Below are positions 26,086 through 35,338 of a stretch of 43,193 nt of DNA, in pieces. Numbering within the stretch: the first letter of the stretch is position 1; the number at the start of each line of letters is the position of its first letter. This DNA is from Candidatus Cloacimonadota bacterium. Its GTDB lineage: Bacteria; Muiribacteriota; UBA6191; JACPRK01. Position numbers and translations under genes: made by a program. Below the pieces are notes generated by a model. That model saw only the letters and a program-made list of their open reading frames with translations. It made no database searches and was not told the origin of the DNA. The stretch spans positions 1-43,193 of the forward strand of contig JAJFLN010000112.1 in NCBI GenBank assembly GCA_021772705.1, read 5' to 3'.

Positions 26086-26176
26086 TTCAGCTCCGAGGTA
26101 TTGCGGTACCGGAACCCGTCGAGGGTCCTGGACCGGTGAGAGGGTTTGGAAGGTGATGAAGCAGACTGGCGGGGCA

Positions 26177-28639
26177 TCAGTGTCTTCGGTGTACGAACTC
26201 GCCGTAAAGGCGCAGCAGTTCCTCACGGGTGGCGAGCAGGTCCGGTGCTTGGAGCTCCGGGTCCCCCTGAACGCAGGCAAAGGCTTCCTTCCGGGCCTGT
26301 TCCAGCAGAACCAGATCACGTGGAAGATCGGCGACCCGCATCTGCAAGATACCCGATTGCCGGGTCCCGAAGAACTCTCCCGGGCCTCTGAGCTCCAGAT
26401 CCTTGCGAGCCACCTCGAAGCCGTCGGCCGACCCTTCCAGGACACGCATCCGGGACCGAGCCAGCTTCGATGGTGTCCCCACGACAGGATGGAAGTAGGA
26501 GGGAGCCGTGCCGCGGCCGACCCGCCCCCGCAACTGATGCAGTTGTGCCAGACCGAAACGCTCGGCGTTCAAGACCACCATGACCGTGGCGTTGGGCACA
26601 TCAACGCCGACCTCGACTACGGTCGTGGCCACCAGCACATCGGCTTCGTGGGTTCGCATCTTCTCCATCACCGCTGCCTTCTGCTTCCCCGGCATGCGGC
26701 CGTGGAGCAGCTCCACCCGGAGGTCCGGGAACTGGTGGTCCCGGGCAGTCTGAAACGTCCTCTCAGCAGCCTCGGCCTCCAGTTTCTCGGACTCCTCCAC
26801 CAGGGGACAGACGATGTAGGCCTGCCGGCCGAGGCTCACTTCTTTCCGAATTCGCTCCCAGGCGAGATCGACCTTCTTCATCTCCAGGGCCTTCGTCTCG
26901 ATGGGCTGCCGTCCCGGAGGCATCTCGTTCAAGACCGTCAAGTCCAGGTCGCCATAAAGAGTCAGGGCCAGGGATCTGGGGATCGGCGTGGCGGTCATGA
27001 CAAGCAGGTTAGGGTTGTCCCCCTTGAGCTTCAGCCGAGCCCGCTGATGTACGCCGAAGCGATGCTGTTCGTCGATCACCACCAGGCCGAGACGCTTGAA
27101 GTCGACGGCCCCTTCGAGGAGGGCGTGGGTCCCGATGGCAATGGCTGCCTCACCTGAAGAGACGGCGGCCACGGCGGCCCGCCGTTCCGGCTTGCCCTGA
27201 CTACCGACGAGGAGCGAGGCCGTGAATCCCAGGCTCGAGCAGAGGCGGTTGATCGCCAGGTGATGCTGTCCGGCCAGGATCTCCGTCGGTGCCATCAGAG
27301 CAGTCTGAAATCCATCTCGGGCCGCGGCCATGGCGGCGGCCAGAGCGACGATGGTCTTCCCTGCACCCACGTCGCCCTGGAGCAGCCGGGCCATGGCGGA
27401 CTGGCGTTGAAGGTCCGCCGTGATGTCGCCGACGGCCCTCTCCTGAGCCGCTGTCAGCTGAAAGGGCAGCCGATGTCTGAGGGAGTCGAGGGTGTCAACC
27501 GAAGCGTCTATTTTGACCCCGGTCCGGGCGGACTTGAAGAGCCTGCGCTTGACCGCCACAGCGAGCTGAAGGAAGAAGAGCTCCTCGAAGGCGATACGGC
27601 GGGTGGCTGCCTCGATCGAGAGGCCGCCGCCCGGGTCATGGAGTGTTGCCAGAGCCTCCTCCCTGGGTGGAAGATCGAGGCGACGGACCAGCTCTGACGG
27701 CAAGACCTCCCAGAACTGGGGCAATCCCCTCAGCAAGGCCTGTTTCACCAGACGACGCAGGGTCTTCTGGTGCAGACCCGCCGTCAGGGGATAGATCGGG
27801 ACGATCTTCGAAACAGTCTGTGACGACTCCTCATTCACCCCGGGAAGAAGCTCGTACTCCGATGAGGTCAGCTCCAGCTCGCCATCCTTCCGCGTCCGGA
27901 GGGTCCCGTGAAACCGGCCTACGACGCCCTCCTGCAGCACCCGGCTCATCCAGGGTTGATTGAACCAGACAGCGGCAACCTGTCCCGTCTCGTCCTCCAG
28001 AAGGACCTCCAGCCGGCGCTGGCGATATCCTGTCCCCGATTCCAGGGGATTCCTGACCGTCCCCAGAAGGGTGACGGTGTCCCCGGCCGCAGCCTCGCCG
28101 ATGGGTGTGAGGGAGCTTCTGTCCTCGTGGCGGAGAGGAAGCAACCAGACCAAATCCCCCAGGGTCCGGACACCGAGCTGGGAGAGCAGCCGGGCTCGTT
28201 GCTCCTGTACCCCTTTCAAGACGGTGACCGGTTGTTCCAGAGGGGGCAGGTCCGCAGTGGCCGCTCGGCGGGACTCGCCGTCCTGTCCTGCGGTCTGCCT
28301 GTCCCGGGGCCCTCTGCCCCCCCTTTCTGGCCCGAGGCTTCGATCCGGAGCCTGTTTCCGGCTCGACGGGAGGCCCGATTCCTGATCCAGCAGCAAGTCT
28401 ACCTCGCCGAGCAATGCCTCACGTGCAGGACGGGACAGGCTGCCATACTTTCGGAAGCGTTCTCGAAGCTCGGCCTTCAAAGCAACTGTCAGGTTGCCGG
28501 CTGTGGACCATCCGTCGACGGTCTCGGCCAGGCGAACAAATCCGCCAATGACAGCCCGATCCCTGCAGCCTCCGGCCCTTTCGGTTGCCAGTGCCTTCTG
28601 GAGGAACCTCAGTTTGTCTTCGGGTGAAAGCTCATGCAT
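26177..28639 (-). CDS. recG: ATP-dependent DNA helicase RecG
   Basis: GDVGAGKT, VIDEQHRFG, MTATPIPRSLA, QLHQLRGRVGRG. OB-wedge-type N-terminal region. Confidence 0.9.
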   Translation of the reverse strand: MHELSPEDKLRFLQKALATERAGGCRDRAVIGGFVRLAETVDGWSTAGNLTVALKAELRERFRKYGSLSRPAREALLGEVDLLLDQESGLPSSRKQAPDRSLGPERGGRGPRDRQTAGQDGESRRAATADLPPLEQPVTVLKGVQEQRARLLSQLGVRTLGDLVWLLPLRHEDRSSLTPIGEAAAGDTVTLLGTVRNPLESGTGYRQRRLEVLLEDETGQVAAVWFNQPWMSRVLQEGVVGRFHGTLRTRKDGELELTSSEYELLPGVNEESSQTVSKIVPIYPLTAGLHQKTLRRLVKQALLRGLPQFWEVLPSELVRRLDLPPREEALATLHDPGGGLSIEAATRRIAFEELFFLQLAVAVKRRLFKSARTGVKIDASVDTLDSLRHRLPFQLTAAQERAVGDITADLQRQSAMARLLQGDVGAGKTIVALAAAMAAARDGFQTALMAPTEILAGQHHLAINRLCSSLGFTASLLVGSQGKPERRAAVAAVSSGEAAIAIGTHALLEGAVDFKRLGLVVIDEQHRFGVHQRARLKLKGDNPNLLVMTATPIPRSLALTLYGDLDLTVLNEMPPGRQPIETKALEMKKVDLAWERIRKEVSLGRQAYIVCPLVEESEKLEAEAAERTFQTARDHQFPDLRVELLHGRMPGKQKAAVMEKMRTHEADVLVATTVVEVGVDVPNATVMVVLNAERFGLAQLHQLRGRVGRGTAPSYFHPVVGTPSKLARSRMRVLEGSADGFEVARKDLELRGPGEFFGTRQSGILQMRVADLPRDLVLLEQARKEAFACVQGDPELQAPDLLATREELLRLYGEFVHRRH

Positions 28640-28737
28640 GGCCGGGCGATTGGGCGCGACTTCTGCGTAGTTATTCCAGCGCGGGTCCTTAGGGCCTCCT
28701 GGAGCCCGGCCGGGATCGGCGGCGGTGTCGAATGAGC

Positions 28738-29088
28738 TCAGGGAGCCAGGTTGTGAAGGCGATCGGCCATGGGGCCGATGAAGGGGAGTTTCCAGATCTT
28801 ACCCTGGATCACCTGCCGGACGCCGAGAGCCGAGACGATCAGGCAGGCTGCAAGGAGCCCCGAACCGGCATAGAAGCCGATGACGGGCAGGAAGGACACC
28901 ATACCTGCTCCGATTTCGAGAAGGAAAATGACCGTCCCCTGTCTTCCGTGGGACCGGGCGAACTCCGAATCGGTCCGGCTCAAGCTCGGAAGCAGGCAGA
29001 AGACAGGGATGTAGGCGAGGACGGCCAGGAACAACTCTTCCTGGTCCGGCCTCTCCCTGGGCGCGTCATCGGACGCCATTGATGGCAA
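28738..29088 (-). CDS. Small integral membrane protein (DUF4870-like)
   Basis: LAVLAYIPVFCLLPSLSRTDSEFARSHGRQGTVIFLLEI plus two more TM segments. Starts 12 nt downstream of the 795-aa gene. Confidence 0.55.
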   Translation of the reverse strand: MPSMASDDAPRERPDQEELFLAVLAYIPVFCLLPSLSRTDSEFARSHGRQGTVIFLLEIGAGMVSFLPVIGFYAGSGLLAACLIVSALGVRQVIQGKIWKLPFIGPMADRLHNLAP

Positions 29089-29100
29089 GATTGGCAGCGG

Positions 29101-31488
29101 TTACTTGATCTCGCCCATCACCAGCCCGGCCTCGAAGTACTTCTTCTTTGCCAGGTAGTGATTGACCAGTTCCGTTAACTGATAGACCGTGGTGTCACGC
29201 ACGCTCATCCAGATTGCGTAGGTGCTGCCCGGAGTGGACGAGGTGGAGTAGCCCTTGTTCATCCGCTGCAGGTACCAGTGCCACCTGAGCTCCAGATCCT
29301 TCAGGTCAGAATCGAGATTGTCCCGTGCCTTGCTGTTGAGCCTGTCGTCCAGCAGGGTCCGGTCGGCGCGAAGGCTCTGAGAACTCCAGAGGTCATCGAT
29401 GTTACGCAGGACGCGGGTGCTGTCGGTGTTGACGCTCTCCCGGAACTGCTCCAGAGTGATCTCGGGAGGATTCTTCCCCCGGTCAATGTAGAGAGCCTTG
29501 GTGGCTGCAAAGATGGAGGTGCCCTCGACCTGCTTCAGATGCCCGTTGTAACCCTTGAGCTTCCGGGTGATCAGCATGGTGCCCAGGACACTTCTACGAG
29601 CCTTTTCGACCAGCTCGGCCAGACTCGGCTCGTTGTCCAGGTCGATGCCGCGCTCCCGGGCCTGCGCGTAAGTCTTCTCCAGGATGTCGGGCCAGGCCAG
29701 GAAGGTGTTCATGGCGCTCTGGGAGGAGGTCCAGGAGAAGGTCACCTTGCTCAGGTCCCGCAGCGCGGCCTGGCGAGCGTTGTCCGAGAACCAGCCGGCG
29801 TAAAATGACTCGTCCGTCGTCCAGGCCGTGACCATCTTGTGGTCGACTTCCTTGAGCTTCGTGTCGAATACGCGCTCCAGGCTCTCGAGCTTCTCCTTCA
29901 GCTTGGCCATTGCCTCGGGCTGGGCCTTCTCGGCTTCTGTGGGTTCCGGCTCCTCCTGGGGAGTGGGGGGCTCTTCCTCAGACACGGTGGTGGGAGATAC
30001 GCTGGTGGGCGCATCGGGGACGACCAGCTCACTTTCGGGCCTGTTCGTCTCCAGAACCGGTGCTTCAACGGGAGACTCGGCGGGGGCGTTCTTGGCGTAA
30101 ATGGCATCCCGGTCGCCGCCGGCGCGGGAGATGACGTCATCGACGAGCTTGAAGAACTCCTTCAGGGACGCCAGGTGCTTCTGGAAGGCCCGCTCCGCCA
30201 TTTCGCTCTTCTGGGCGCTGCCCTGGTCGGCCAGGAAGCCCCGCTCAGCTGTCAGGTAGGCGGCGTAATCGGCGGTGGAGCTGGTGAGGGCCGAGGAGAG
30301 GGAGGAGATGAGCGCCTTGTCGCCCGTGTTCTCCTCCGCGAGCCTCTTCACTTCGTCCACGAGGCGAGTGTAGGCCTCGCCGGAGATCTTGTCCGTACCG
30401 GCGTTGCCCAAGTAGAGCTCCACGAGCTGTCCGCTGTCCAGGTTGCGGCGCTTTGCTTCGGCTTCGACCTTCTCCAGAGCGCTGGCGATGTCCTCCTCAT
30501 CCAGGGAGGCGTCGTCGCCGGCCTTCTCGATGGCTGCCAGCAGTTCCTGGAAAGCGTCCTTCATCGACGGGTCGAGCCGCGTGGCCTGGTAGAGGCTGTT
30601 CACCTTCTCCTTCAGTGCCGGGTCCTTGATGCGCTCGATGAACTTCTGGACCTCGTTGTCCTCCGTGACCCGCTGGGCCGTGAAGACGTCCTCCACTGCC
30701 TGGCCAATCCAGCTCTCAGGCGACAGGGGATTGACGCCATCCTCGGGCTTCAGCCGTCGTCCCTGGGCGCGTTCGAATACCCGGCTGGTGAAGTCCGGAT
30801 CCAGCTCATCGTCTCGATCGCTGCCGGCCCGGGTCTTCTCACGGATTCCCCTGAGCTGACTTCGCTGCTCGATCAGAGCCCGCCTCTGGGCATCGTAGGC
30901 GAAGATGGTGCGCTTCAGGCTCTCTGCCTCGGAGGCATCCTTCGCTGTCTCCAGGAGGCCCCGGTAGGTGCGAATGTCTGCTTCGAGTTCACGAAGCTCC
31001 AGGTCGATCCGGATCAACTCGTCATCCATCAACTCCGTCTCGCCGGAGTTCGACGTCGCTGCCCGGGGACCGAACTCGTCGTCCCGATCATCAGGGTCAT
31101 TGTTTCTCGGCTCGTCCCTGTCGATCTGGAGGTCCTCCAGGCCGTCGAAGTCAGGCATGCCATCGTTCAGGAGATCCGTCGTGTCAGCGGCGCGAGGCCC
31201 GTCGGTGGGACTCCCCACATCCTCGTTATCATCCTGGAATCGGCGAGTATTCTCGCTGATGAACTTCTCCCACTTGTCCCGCTTGTCCGGGTCCAGGTTG
31301 GGTGGGTTGTCCATGGCTCCATCCCGGGAGCGATGGCACTCCATGCAGTTCGTGGTTCCGACCTGCTGGGCAATTGGCTGGGTAGCGAAAACGGGGCTAG
31401 TGAGGGCAAATGAAGCCAGCAGGACGGCAAGGGTGAGGAACATGAACCGGTGCACGGGAGTTCTCCTCTCGGTTCTTGGGGGTGTCAT
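29101..31488 (-). CDS. Secreted acidic, coiled-coil-rich protein with a single N-terminal CxxCH motif
   Basis: Signal peptide FMFLTLAVLLASFALTSPVFA followed by TNCMECHRS. I saw no other Cys in the protein. GTG 31455 (GAGGAG 7 nt upstream) is a likely alternative start to ATG 31488, which has no SD. Confidence 0.7.
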   Translation of the reverse strand: MTPPRTERRTPVHRFMFLTLAVLLASFALTSPVFATQPIAQQVGTTNCMECHRSRDGAMDNPPNLDPDKRDKWEKFISENTRRFQDDNEDVGSPTDGPRAADTTDLLNDGMPDFDGLEDLQIDRDEPRNNDPDDRDDEFGPRAATSNSGETELMDDELIRIDLELRELEADIRTYRGLLETAKDASEAESLKRTIFAYDAQRRALIEQRSQLRGIREKTRAGSDRDDELDPDFTSRVFERAQGRRLKPEDGVNPLSPESWIGQAVEDVFTAQRVTEDNEVQKFIERIKDPALKEKVNSLYQATRLDPSMKDAFQELLAAIEKAGDDASLDEEDIASALEKVEAEAKRRNLDSGQLVELYLGNAGTDKISGEAYTRLVDEVKRLAEENTGDKALISSLSSALTSSTADYAAYLTAERGFLADQGSAQKSEMAERAFQKHLASLKEFFKLVDDVISRAGGDRDAIYAKNAPAESPVEAPVLETNRPESELVVPDAPTSVSPTTVSEEEPPTPQEEPEPTEAEKAQPEAMAKLKEKLESLERVFDTKLKEVDHKMVTAWTTDESFYAGWFSDNARQAALRDLSKVTFSWTSSQSAMNTFLAWPDILEKTYAQARERGIDLDNEPSLAELVEKARRSVLGTMLITRKLKGYNGHLKQVEGTSIFAATKALYIDRGKNPPEITLEQFRESVNTDSTRVLRNIDDLWSSQSLRADRTLLDDRLNSKARDNLDSDLKDLELRWHWYLQRMNKGYSTSSTPGSTYAIWMSVRDTTVYQLTELVNHYLAKKKYFEAGLVMGEIK

Positions 31489-31511
31489 TCTCGAGATCTA
31501 TCCAATTGGAC

Positions 31512-31537
31512 TACGGGTGGAAGCCTGGAAAGGTTAC
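31512..31537 (-). promoter_or_regulatory. ECF-type promoter candidate (AAC-N17-CGTAGT)
   Basis: Minus strand reads TGGTAACC-TTTCCAGGCTTCCACC-CGTAGTCC. Same bipartite motif as 35218-35244 and 42052-42079. Confidence 0.5.
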
Positions 31538-31621
31538 CAGATTCCATGACGCTAGATTGCGACAAAAGGATAGAAGTATATGCTCCGGGTGGCGGAAGCA
31601 GCCCGACCGGGTCCAAAGGCA

Positions 31622-32587
31622 TCAGAAGGTGTCGCCAGTCCTGTCGGTGCCTGTGAAAAGCCTGGCGGGATCGAAGAATCGATCTTGACGCCGGATCTCG
31701 AGGTACAGAGTCGCTTCAGCGCCGCCCTGACCGGGAGCGACGTGGCCGATGATGGTGTTCGGCTCCACCGTCGCGCCCGTGACGAGGGTGTGGGAGTCCT
31801 TCAAGTTGCCGTACTCGGCCACGAAGGGTCTGCCCCGGGCATCGGTGTAGCGAATCTGAACGACGACCCCGAACTCCCGGCTCCGATGCGCCGAGATGAC
31901 CGTTCCCTGTCCAAAGCTCCCGACGGGCTTGTTGGCCAGGTCGTAAGTCCTCTTGCCCTGGCTATCGACGGCGCTGCCGATCAGGACGCCACCGTCGCCA
32001 TCGAATGCCTGGACAATCCGACCGTGGACCGGGGGGATGTTTCGAATCGGCGCCGGTGAGACCCGGTCGAAGAGCCCCTCGGCGTGGGCGACCCAGACTG
32101 AGTTCTCGGGGTCAGAGTTGTCGCCGATCAGGTTCAGGGCTCGGTAGGTCTCTTCCCTGGAGATCTCGATCATCCGGTTCTGTCGCTCCCTGTCGAGCTC
32201 CAGCTTCGATGCGGCATAATATGTGTAGGCCAGGTAGTACCTCAGCTTGGCCCGGCGGGGCGAGGTTTCCACCAGGCGGCGCAAGGTCGTTGCGGCCTGC
32301 TGGAACTTGCCTGCCTTGATGGCGGCCACCACCTCCGTCAGCTGAGCGTCGCCCTGGGTTGAGGGTTGCTGCTGCCGGTCCGTTTCTCTTTCTGCCGTCT
32401 CGGGGGGAGCTTGCTGCTCCTCCTCCTGTCCTGGGTCCCTCTCGACGACGGAACGCAGATAGCTGCTCCGGCGAATCAGATCGCCAAAGCCCGGATCGTC
32501 ATCTCCACTGCCGGCGGCGCCAGCGGCGGAAGTCAGGCAGATGACGGTGAGCGCCAGAGGCAGCAAAAGACGGGGCCTGAGTGACAC
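31622..32587 (-). CDS. Secreted LytM/M23-domain protein with degenerate catalytic motifs
   Basis: GTG 32587 lies 7 nt after the upstream stop. Signal peptide SLRPRLLLPLALTVICLTSAAGA. The C-terminal M23 fold reads FVAEYGNL...IIGHVAPGQGGAEATLYLEIR where active enzymes have xxHL...GxSTGPHLHFEI. Confidence 0.7.
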   Translation of the reverse strand: MSLRPRLLLPLALTVICLTSAAGAAGSGDDDPGFGDLIRRSSYLRSVVERDPGQEEEQQAPPETAERETDRQQQPSTQGDAQLTEVVAAIKAGKFQQAATTLRRLVETSPRRAKLRYYLAYTYYAASKLELDRERQNRMIEISREETYRALNLIGDNSDPENSVWVAHAEGLFDRVSPAPIRNIPPVHGRIVQAFDGDGGVLIGSAVDSQGKRTYDLANKPVGSFGQGTVISAHRSREFGVVVQIRYTDARGRPFVAEYGNLKDSHTLVTGATVEPNTIIGHVAPGQGGAEATLYLEIRRQDRFFDPARLFTGTDRTGDTF

Positions 32588-32594
32588 CGGCGAC

Positions 32595-33677
32595 TCACTC
32601 CTCGGCTGGAAGGTGGGAAGGCAAGTTGAGGCCGCCGGTTTGGTACTCCGGCGTTCCCACCAGGTCGTAGCTCTTGACCCCGCCGCCGACTTCCTTCGTG
32701 GCCCGGACTCGGAACATGTCCAGTTCGATCTCCCGGCGAGTCCGCTCGGACTCCGAGAGGCCCATTTCGAGGAACTCCTCGTAGTCGGACTCGAGCTTCT
32801 GAACCGTCTCTCTGGGCTGCCGGACTTGAACAATGGGAGGAGAATTAGCCACAGCAGCGGCGCTGGTGGCTTCCCTTCCGTTCTCATCGGTGGCTTCATC
32901 CTCGGCTTCGGGGATGTCGAGACCCAGGCGGCGCATCTGCTCCTCGATCATATCGATGTTCAGTTCCAGGGGCTTCAGGTTTCCATTCTCGTCAGTAACG
33001 AAACCGAGACCGAAGATCTTCTCACCGTCCTTGATGGCCTGCCGGACCTTGTTCAGCTCGTTGGCCACGGCCTGGATGAAAGCCTCTTCGAGCTTGCGGG
33101 CTTCCGTCTCGTACTCTTCCGGGACAGTCATGGCGTTGGGAAGAATCGGCTTTCCGAGTTCGTCCTGCTTGTTCATGATCTCCAGGAGCTTGTCGAGGGT
33201 CTCCACATCGGGCATGTAGAAGTTCTTGTTTTCCAGGTCGATGTCTTCCGAGAAGATGTGAGAGCGGGAGACGTTGCCGCTGGCATCGGCCAGGGGCTCC
33301 GGGGCTCCCGGCATCCCCCTGTTCCAGTAGGTGTGACGCCAGCCCATGGGCATGGGGCCCATTATGTCGTCAGAGATTGACGGGAACTGGCGGAAGCTCT
33401 CCCGGTTTCGCTGGCTCGTGGCGGGATCCACCATCATCTCGATGAGGGCGTCCTGGAACGTTCGAAAGGCATTCCACCGGCTGAACTCCAGGTAGCTGGA
33501 GTCGTTGGCCTCCGGATCATCGTAGTGCTTCCGGAACACATCGACCATGGACCGGTCTCCCGCGTCGGTTCGCTCGAAGGGCACCAGTTCCCCTGCGAAG
33601 ACCGTCGTCGTCACCGCCACAGTGGCCAGAAAGAGCCAAAGAGCGCAAAAGGCGACCGGGTGGGCACTCGCTCTCAT
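32595..33677 (-). CDS. Secreted hypothetical protein
   Basis: GGAGG 8 nt upstream of ATG 33677. Signal peptide AFCALWLFLATVAVTTTVFAGE. No recognisable domain. Confidence 0.65.
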   Translation of the reverse strand: MRASAHPVAFCALWLFLATVAVTTTVFAGELVPFERTDAGDRSMVDVFRKHYDDPEANDSSYLEFSRWNAFRTFQDALIEMMVDPATSQRNRESFRQFPSISDDIMGPMPMGWRHTYWNRGMPGAPEPLADASGNVSRSHIFSEDIDLENKNFYMPDVETLDKLLEIMNKQDELGKPILPNAMTVPEEYETEARKLEEAFIQAVANELNKVRQAIKDGEKIFGLGFVTDENGNLKPLELNIDMIEEQMRRLGLDIPEAEDEATDENGREATSAAAVANSPPIVQVRQPRETVQKLESDYEEFLEMGLSESERTRREIELDMFRVRATKEVGGGVKSYDLVGTPEYQTGGLNLPSHLPAEE

Positions 33678-33752
33678 GTGGGATACCTCCGTTTGCCAGC
33701 GTTACCAGCGTGATGGTCCGTCTGTGGCGGCATATGACGCCACGGCCTGGGT

Positions 33753-35153
33753 TCAGTCCTCGAGCTTCTGGACCGTGCCCTGACCCTCGCGGCGATTGGT
33801 CAACTCGTCAGAGAACTCGTCGAAGGGATCGTCGTAGTCCAGAGAGGTGCGGGTCTCGCCCGTGAGGGGGTCGTAGATCTTCTTTCCGCCCTTGGGGACT
33901 CGCTCCTGATCCTTGTCGTTGGACTGCCAGTACTGCTGCAGGTTCCACTCTTGAAGGGCTCGGAGATACCAGTCGGGAACGTACTCGACGGAGCCATCGG
34001 TGTCTTCGAAGTACTCGCTCTCGGTGTCGATTCCACCTGAACCGGCCAGCCGGTCATCGGACTCCGTCTCCGTCGCGTCATCCTGGTTCTCACGGACGGG
34101 AGGTTTGCCGCCATCCTGATCAGCTCGGGGCTTGTCGCCCTTGCCGGTGTCCCCTGCTTCGGGGTTGTTCTTCTCGCCCTTCAGCTTGTCCCTCCGGGAC
34201 AGCTCGGCCTTGATGCGGGCTGCTGCTGACCGAGCCTTGTCGCGAAGCGGGTTGTTGGGATCGTTGGCCTGTCGCTCCAACAGGGGCAGGACAGCCCGAA
34301 GGCCCATCTCTCGCTCGCCCTCGAGTTGTGCGGCCGTCATGGTGTAGAAGCTGCGATCCGAGTCCTGCTGGCTCTCTTCTTCATCGCTTCGCGAATCGTC
34401 GCTGCCATCGCCCTTACCGTCGCCGTCCTCACCGTCCGGTGCGTCGTCGTCATCTTCCTGGGGGATCGGCTTGCCGTCCTCGTCCAGGAGGGTCTCGTCG
34501 GCTCCGGGAGGCTCGTCCTCCAGATCCTGTCCCTGTTGCAGACCCTCGAGAATTTCGTCACCGACGCCGTTCAGGTTGGCGTCGCTGGCGGTCTCGAGCT
34601 GACGGACGGCCTCGGCGTCCCGCAGAACCTCATCGGAGAGGTTGTCGCCGGTCTTGGACTGCTTGATCACGTCCTGGTTCTCGGCGACGTCGGAGAGCAC
34701 GACGTGCATCAGCTGATCTCGCTTGGCTGCTGAGACCGGCTCTCCCGGCGATGCGGGCATGAGTTCGAGGATTCGATCGATGACCGCCTTCGGGGGCATG
34801 TAGATCTTCTCCCCCGGGTAGATCAGATCCTCGTTCTCGATGACCCGGCCGTCATGCTTATGGCCGGCGAGAGCGTTGTGATAGACCTGAACCGCCAGAG
34901 CGTTGCGCCACATCTGATGCTGCTCGTTCCGGGACAGGTCGCTGATGCCCTTCGACTGCGTGTCGGGAGGCATGTAGCGGATCGACAACCCGGACAGGGT
35001 TCCGTCCCGCAGGCTCTGGGTGGCGTCGCCCACCGTGACCGCCTCGGGTCCGGGCTCGCCGGACGCCGTACCTGCGACTGCTGTTCCCGTCGCCAGAATG
35101 AGGCAGATCGCTGCCAGCACCAGTCCTGTCTTTGCCAAGTTAATCGCTCTCAT
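33753..35153 (-). CDS. Secreted, highly acidic low-complexity protein
   Basis: ATG 35153 with AGGTGG 8 nt upstream (the track starts at GTG 35165). Signal peptide LVLAAICLILATGTAVAGTASG. D/E-rich central region (QEDDDDAPDGEDGDGKGDGSDDSRSDEEE). Confidence 0.65.
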   Translation of the reverse strand: MRAINLAKTGLVLAAICLILATGTAVAGTASGEPGPEAVTVGDATQSLRDGTLSGLSIRYMPPDTQSKGISDLSRNEQHQMWRNALAVQVYHNALAGHKHDGRVIENEDLIYPGEKIYMPPKAVIDRILELMPASPGEPVSAAKRDQLMHVVLSDVAENQDVIKQSKTGDNLSDEVLRDAEAVRQLETASDANLNGVGDEILEGLQQGQDLEDEPPGADETLLDEDGKPIPQEDDDDAPDGEDGDGKGDGSDDSRSDEEESQQDSDRSFYTMTAAQLEGEREMGLRAVLPLLERQANDPNNPLRDKARSAAARIKAELSRRDKLKGEKNNPEAGDTGKGDKPRADQDGGKPPVRENQDDATETESDDRLAGSGGIDTESEYFEDTDGSVEYVPDWYLRALQEWNLQQYWQSNDKDQERVPKGGKKIYDPLTGETRTSLDYDDPFDEFSDELTNRREGQGTVQKLED

Positions 35154-35217
35154 CAGGTTCACCACCTGTTTCCCATGATCTTTCTGGACGTAGACCTGAT
35201 CCTCTACATCCTCTACC

Positions 35218-35244
35218 TACGAGGCAGAGACCGCATTGTTGCGG
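35218..35244 (-). promoter_or_regulatory. ECF-type promoter candidate (AAC-N16-CGTAGG)
   Basis: Minus strand reads TCCGCAACA-ATGCGGTCTCTGCCT-CGTAGGTAG, about 65 nt upstream of ATG 35153, in a locally lower-GC spacer. A sigma70-like TTGACG-N17-TAGACT also lies at 35258-35286. Confidence 0.5.
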
Positions 35245-35338
35245 AGAGGTCCATCCAAGTCTAGAAGTACCTCAGGTGGCCGTCAACTAGACATGACGAC
35301 GGCGCTGGCCCGAAGGGTAGATTTCCCGAAGACTGAAT

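Noticed and set aside
25495-26445. 316-aa version of the rsmD ORF
   Set aside because: The N-terminal 120 aa are Arg/Cys/Ser-rich, lack any motif and run into the recG 3' end. An in-frame GTG at 26085 with a GGAG SD gives a normal-length RsmD beginning VRIVAGKYG.
29839-31413. 524-aa plus-strand ORF, and similar long antisense ORFs (19553..20881, 22292..23395, 25766..27157, 9320..10132, 37980..39449 region)
   Set aside because: Each is the mirror frame of a motif-supported gene on the opposite strand. They are rich in Gly/Arg/Leu/Val/Pro, as expected for antisense frames of GC-rich genes, and carry no recognisable motifs.
31622-32899. 425-aa version of the LytM-like ORF
   Set aside because: The first 104 codons overlap the 3' end of the upstream 360-aa gene in another frame. 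GTG 32587, 7 nt after that gene's stop, yields a clean signal peptide.
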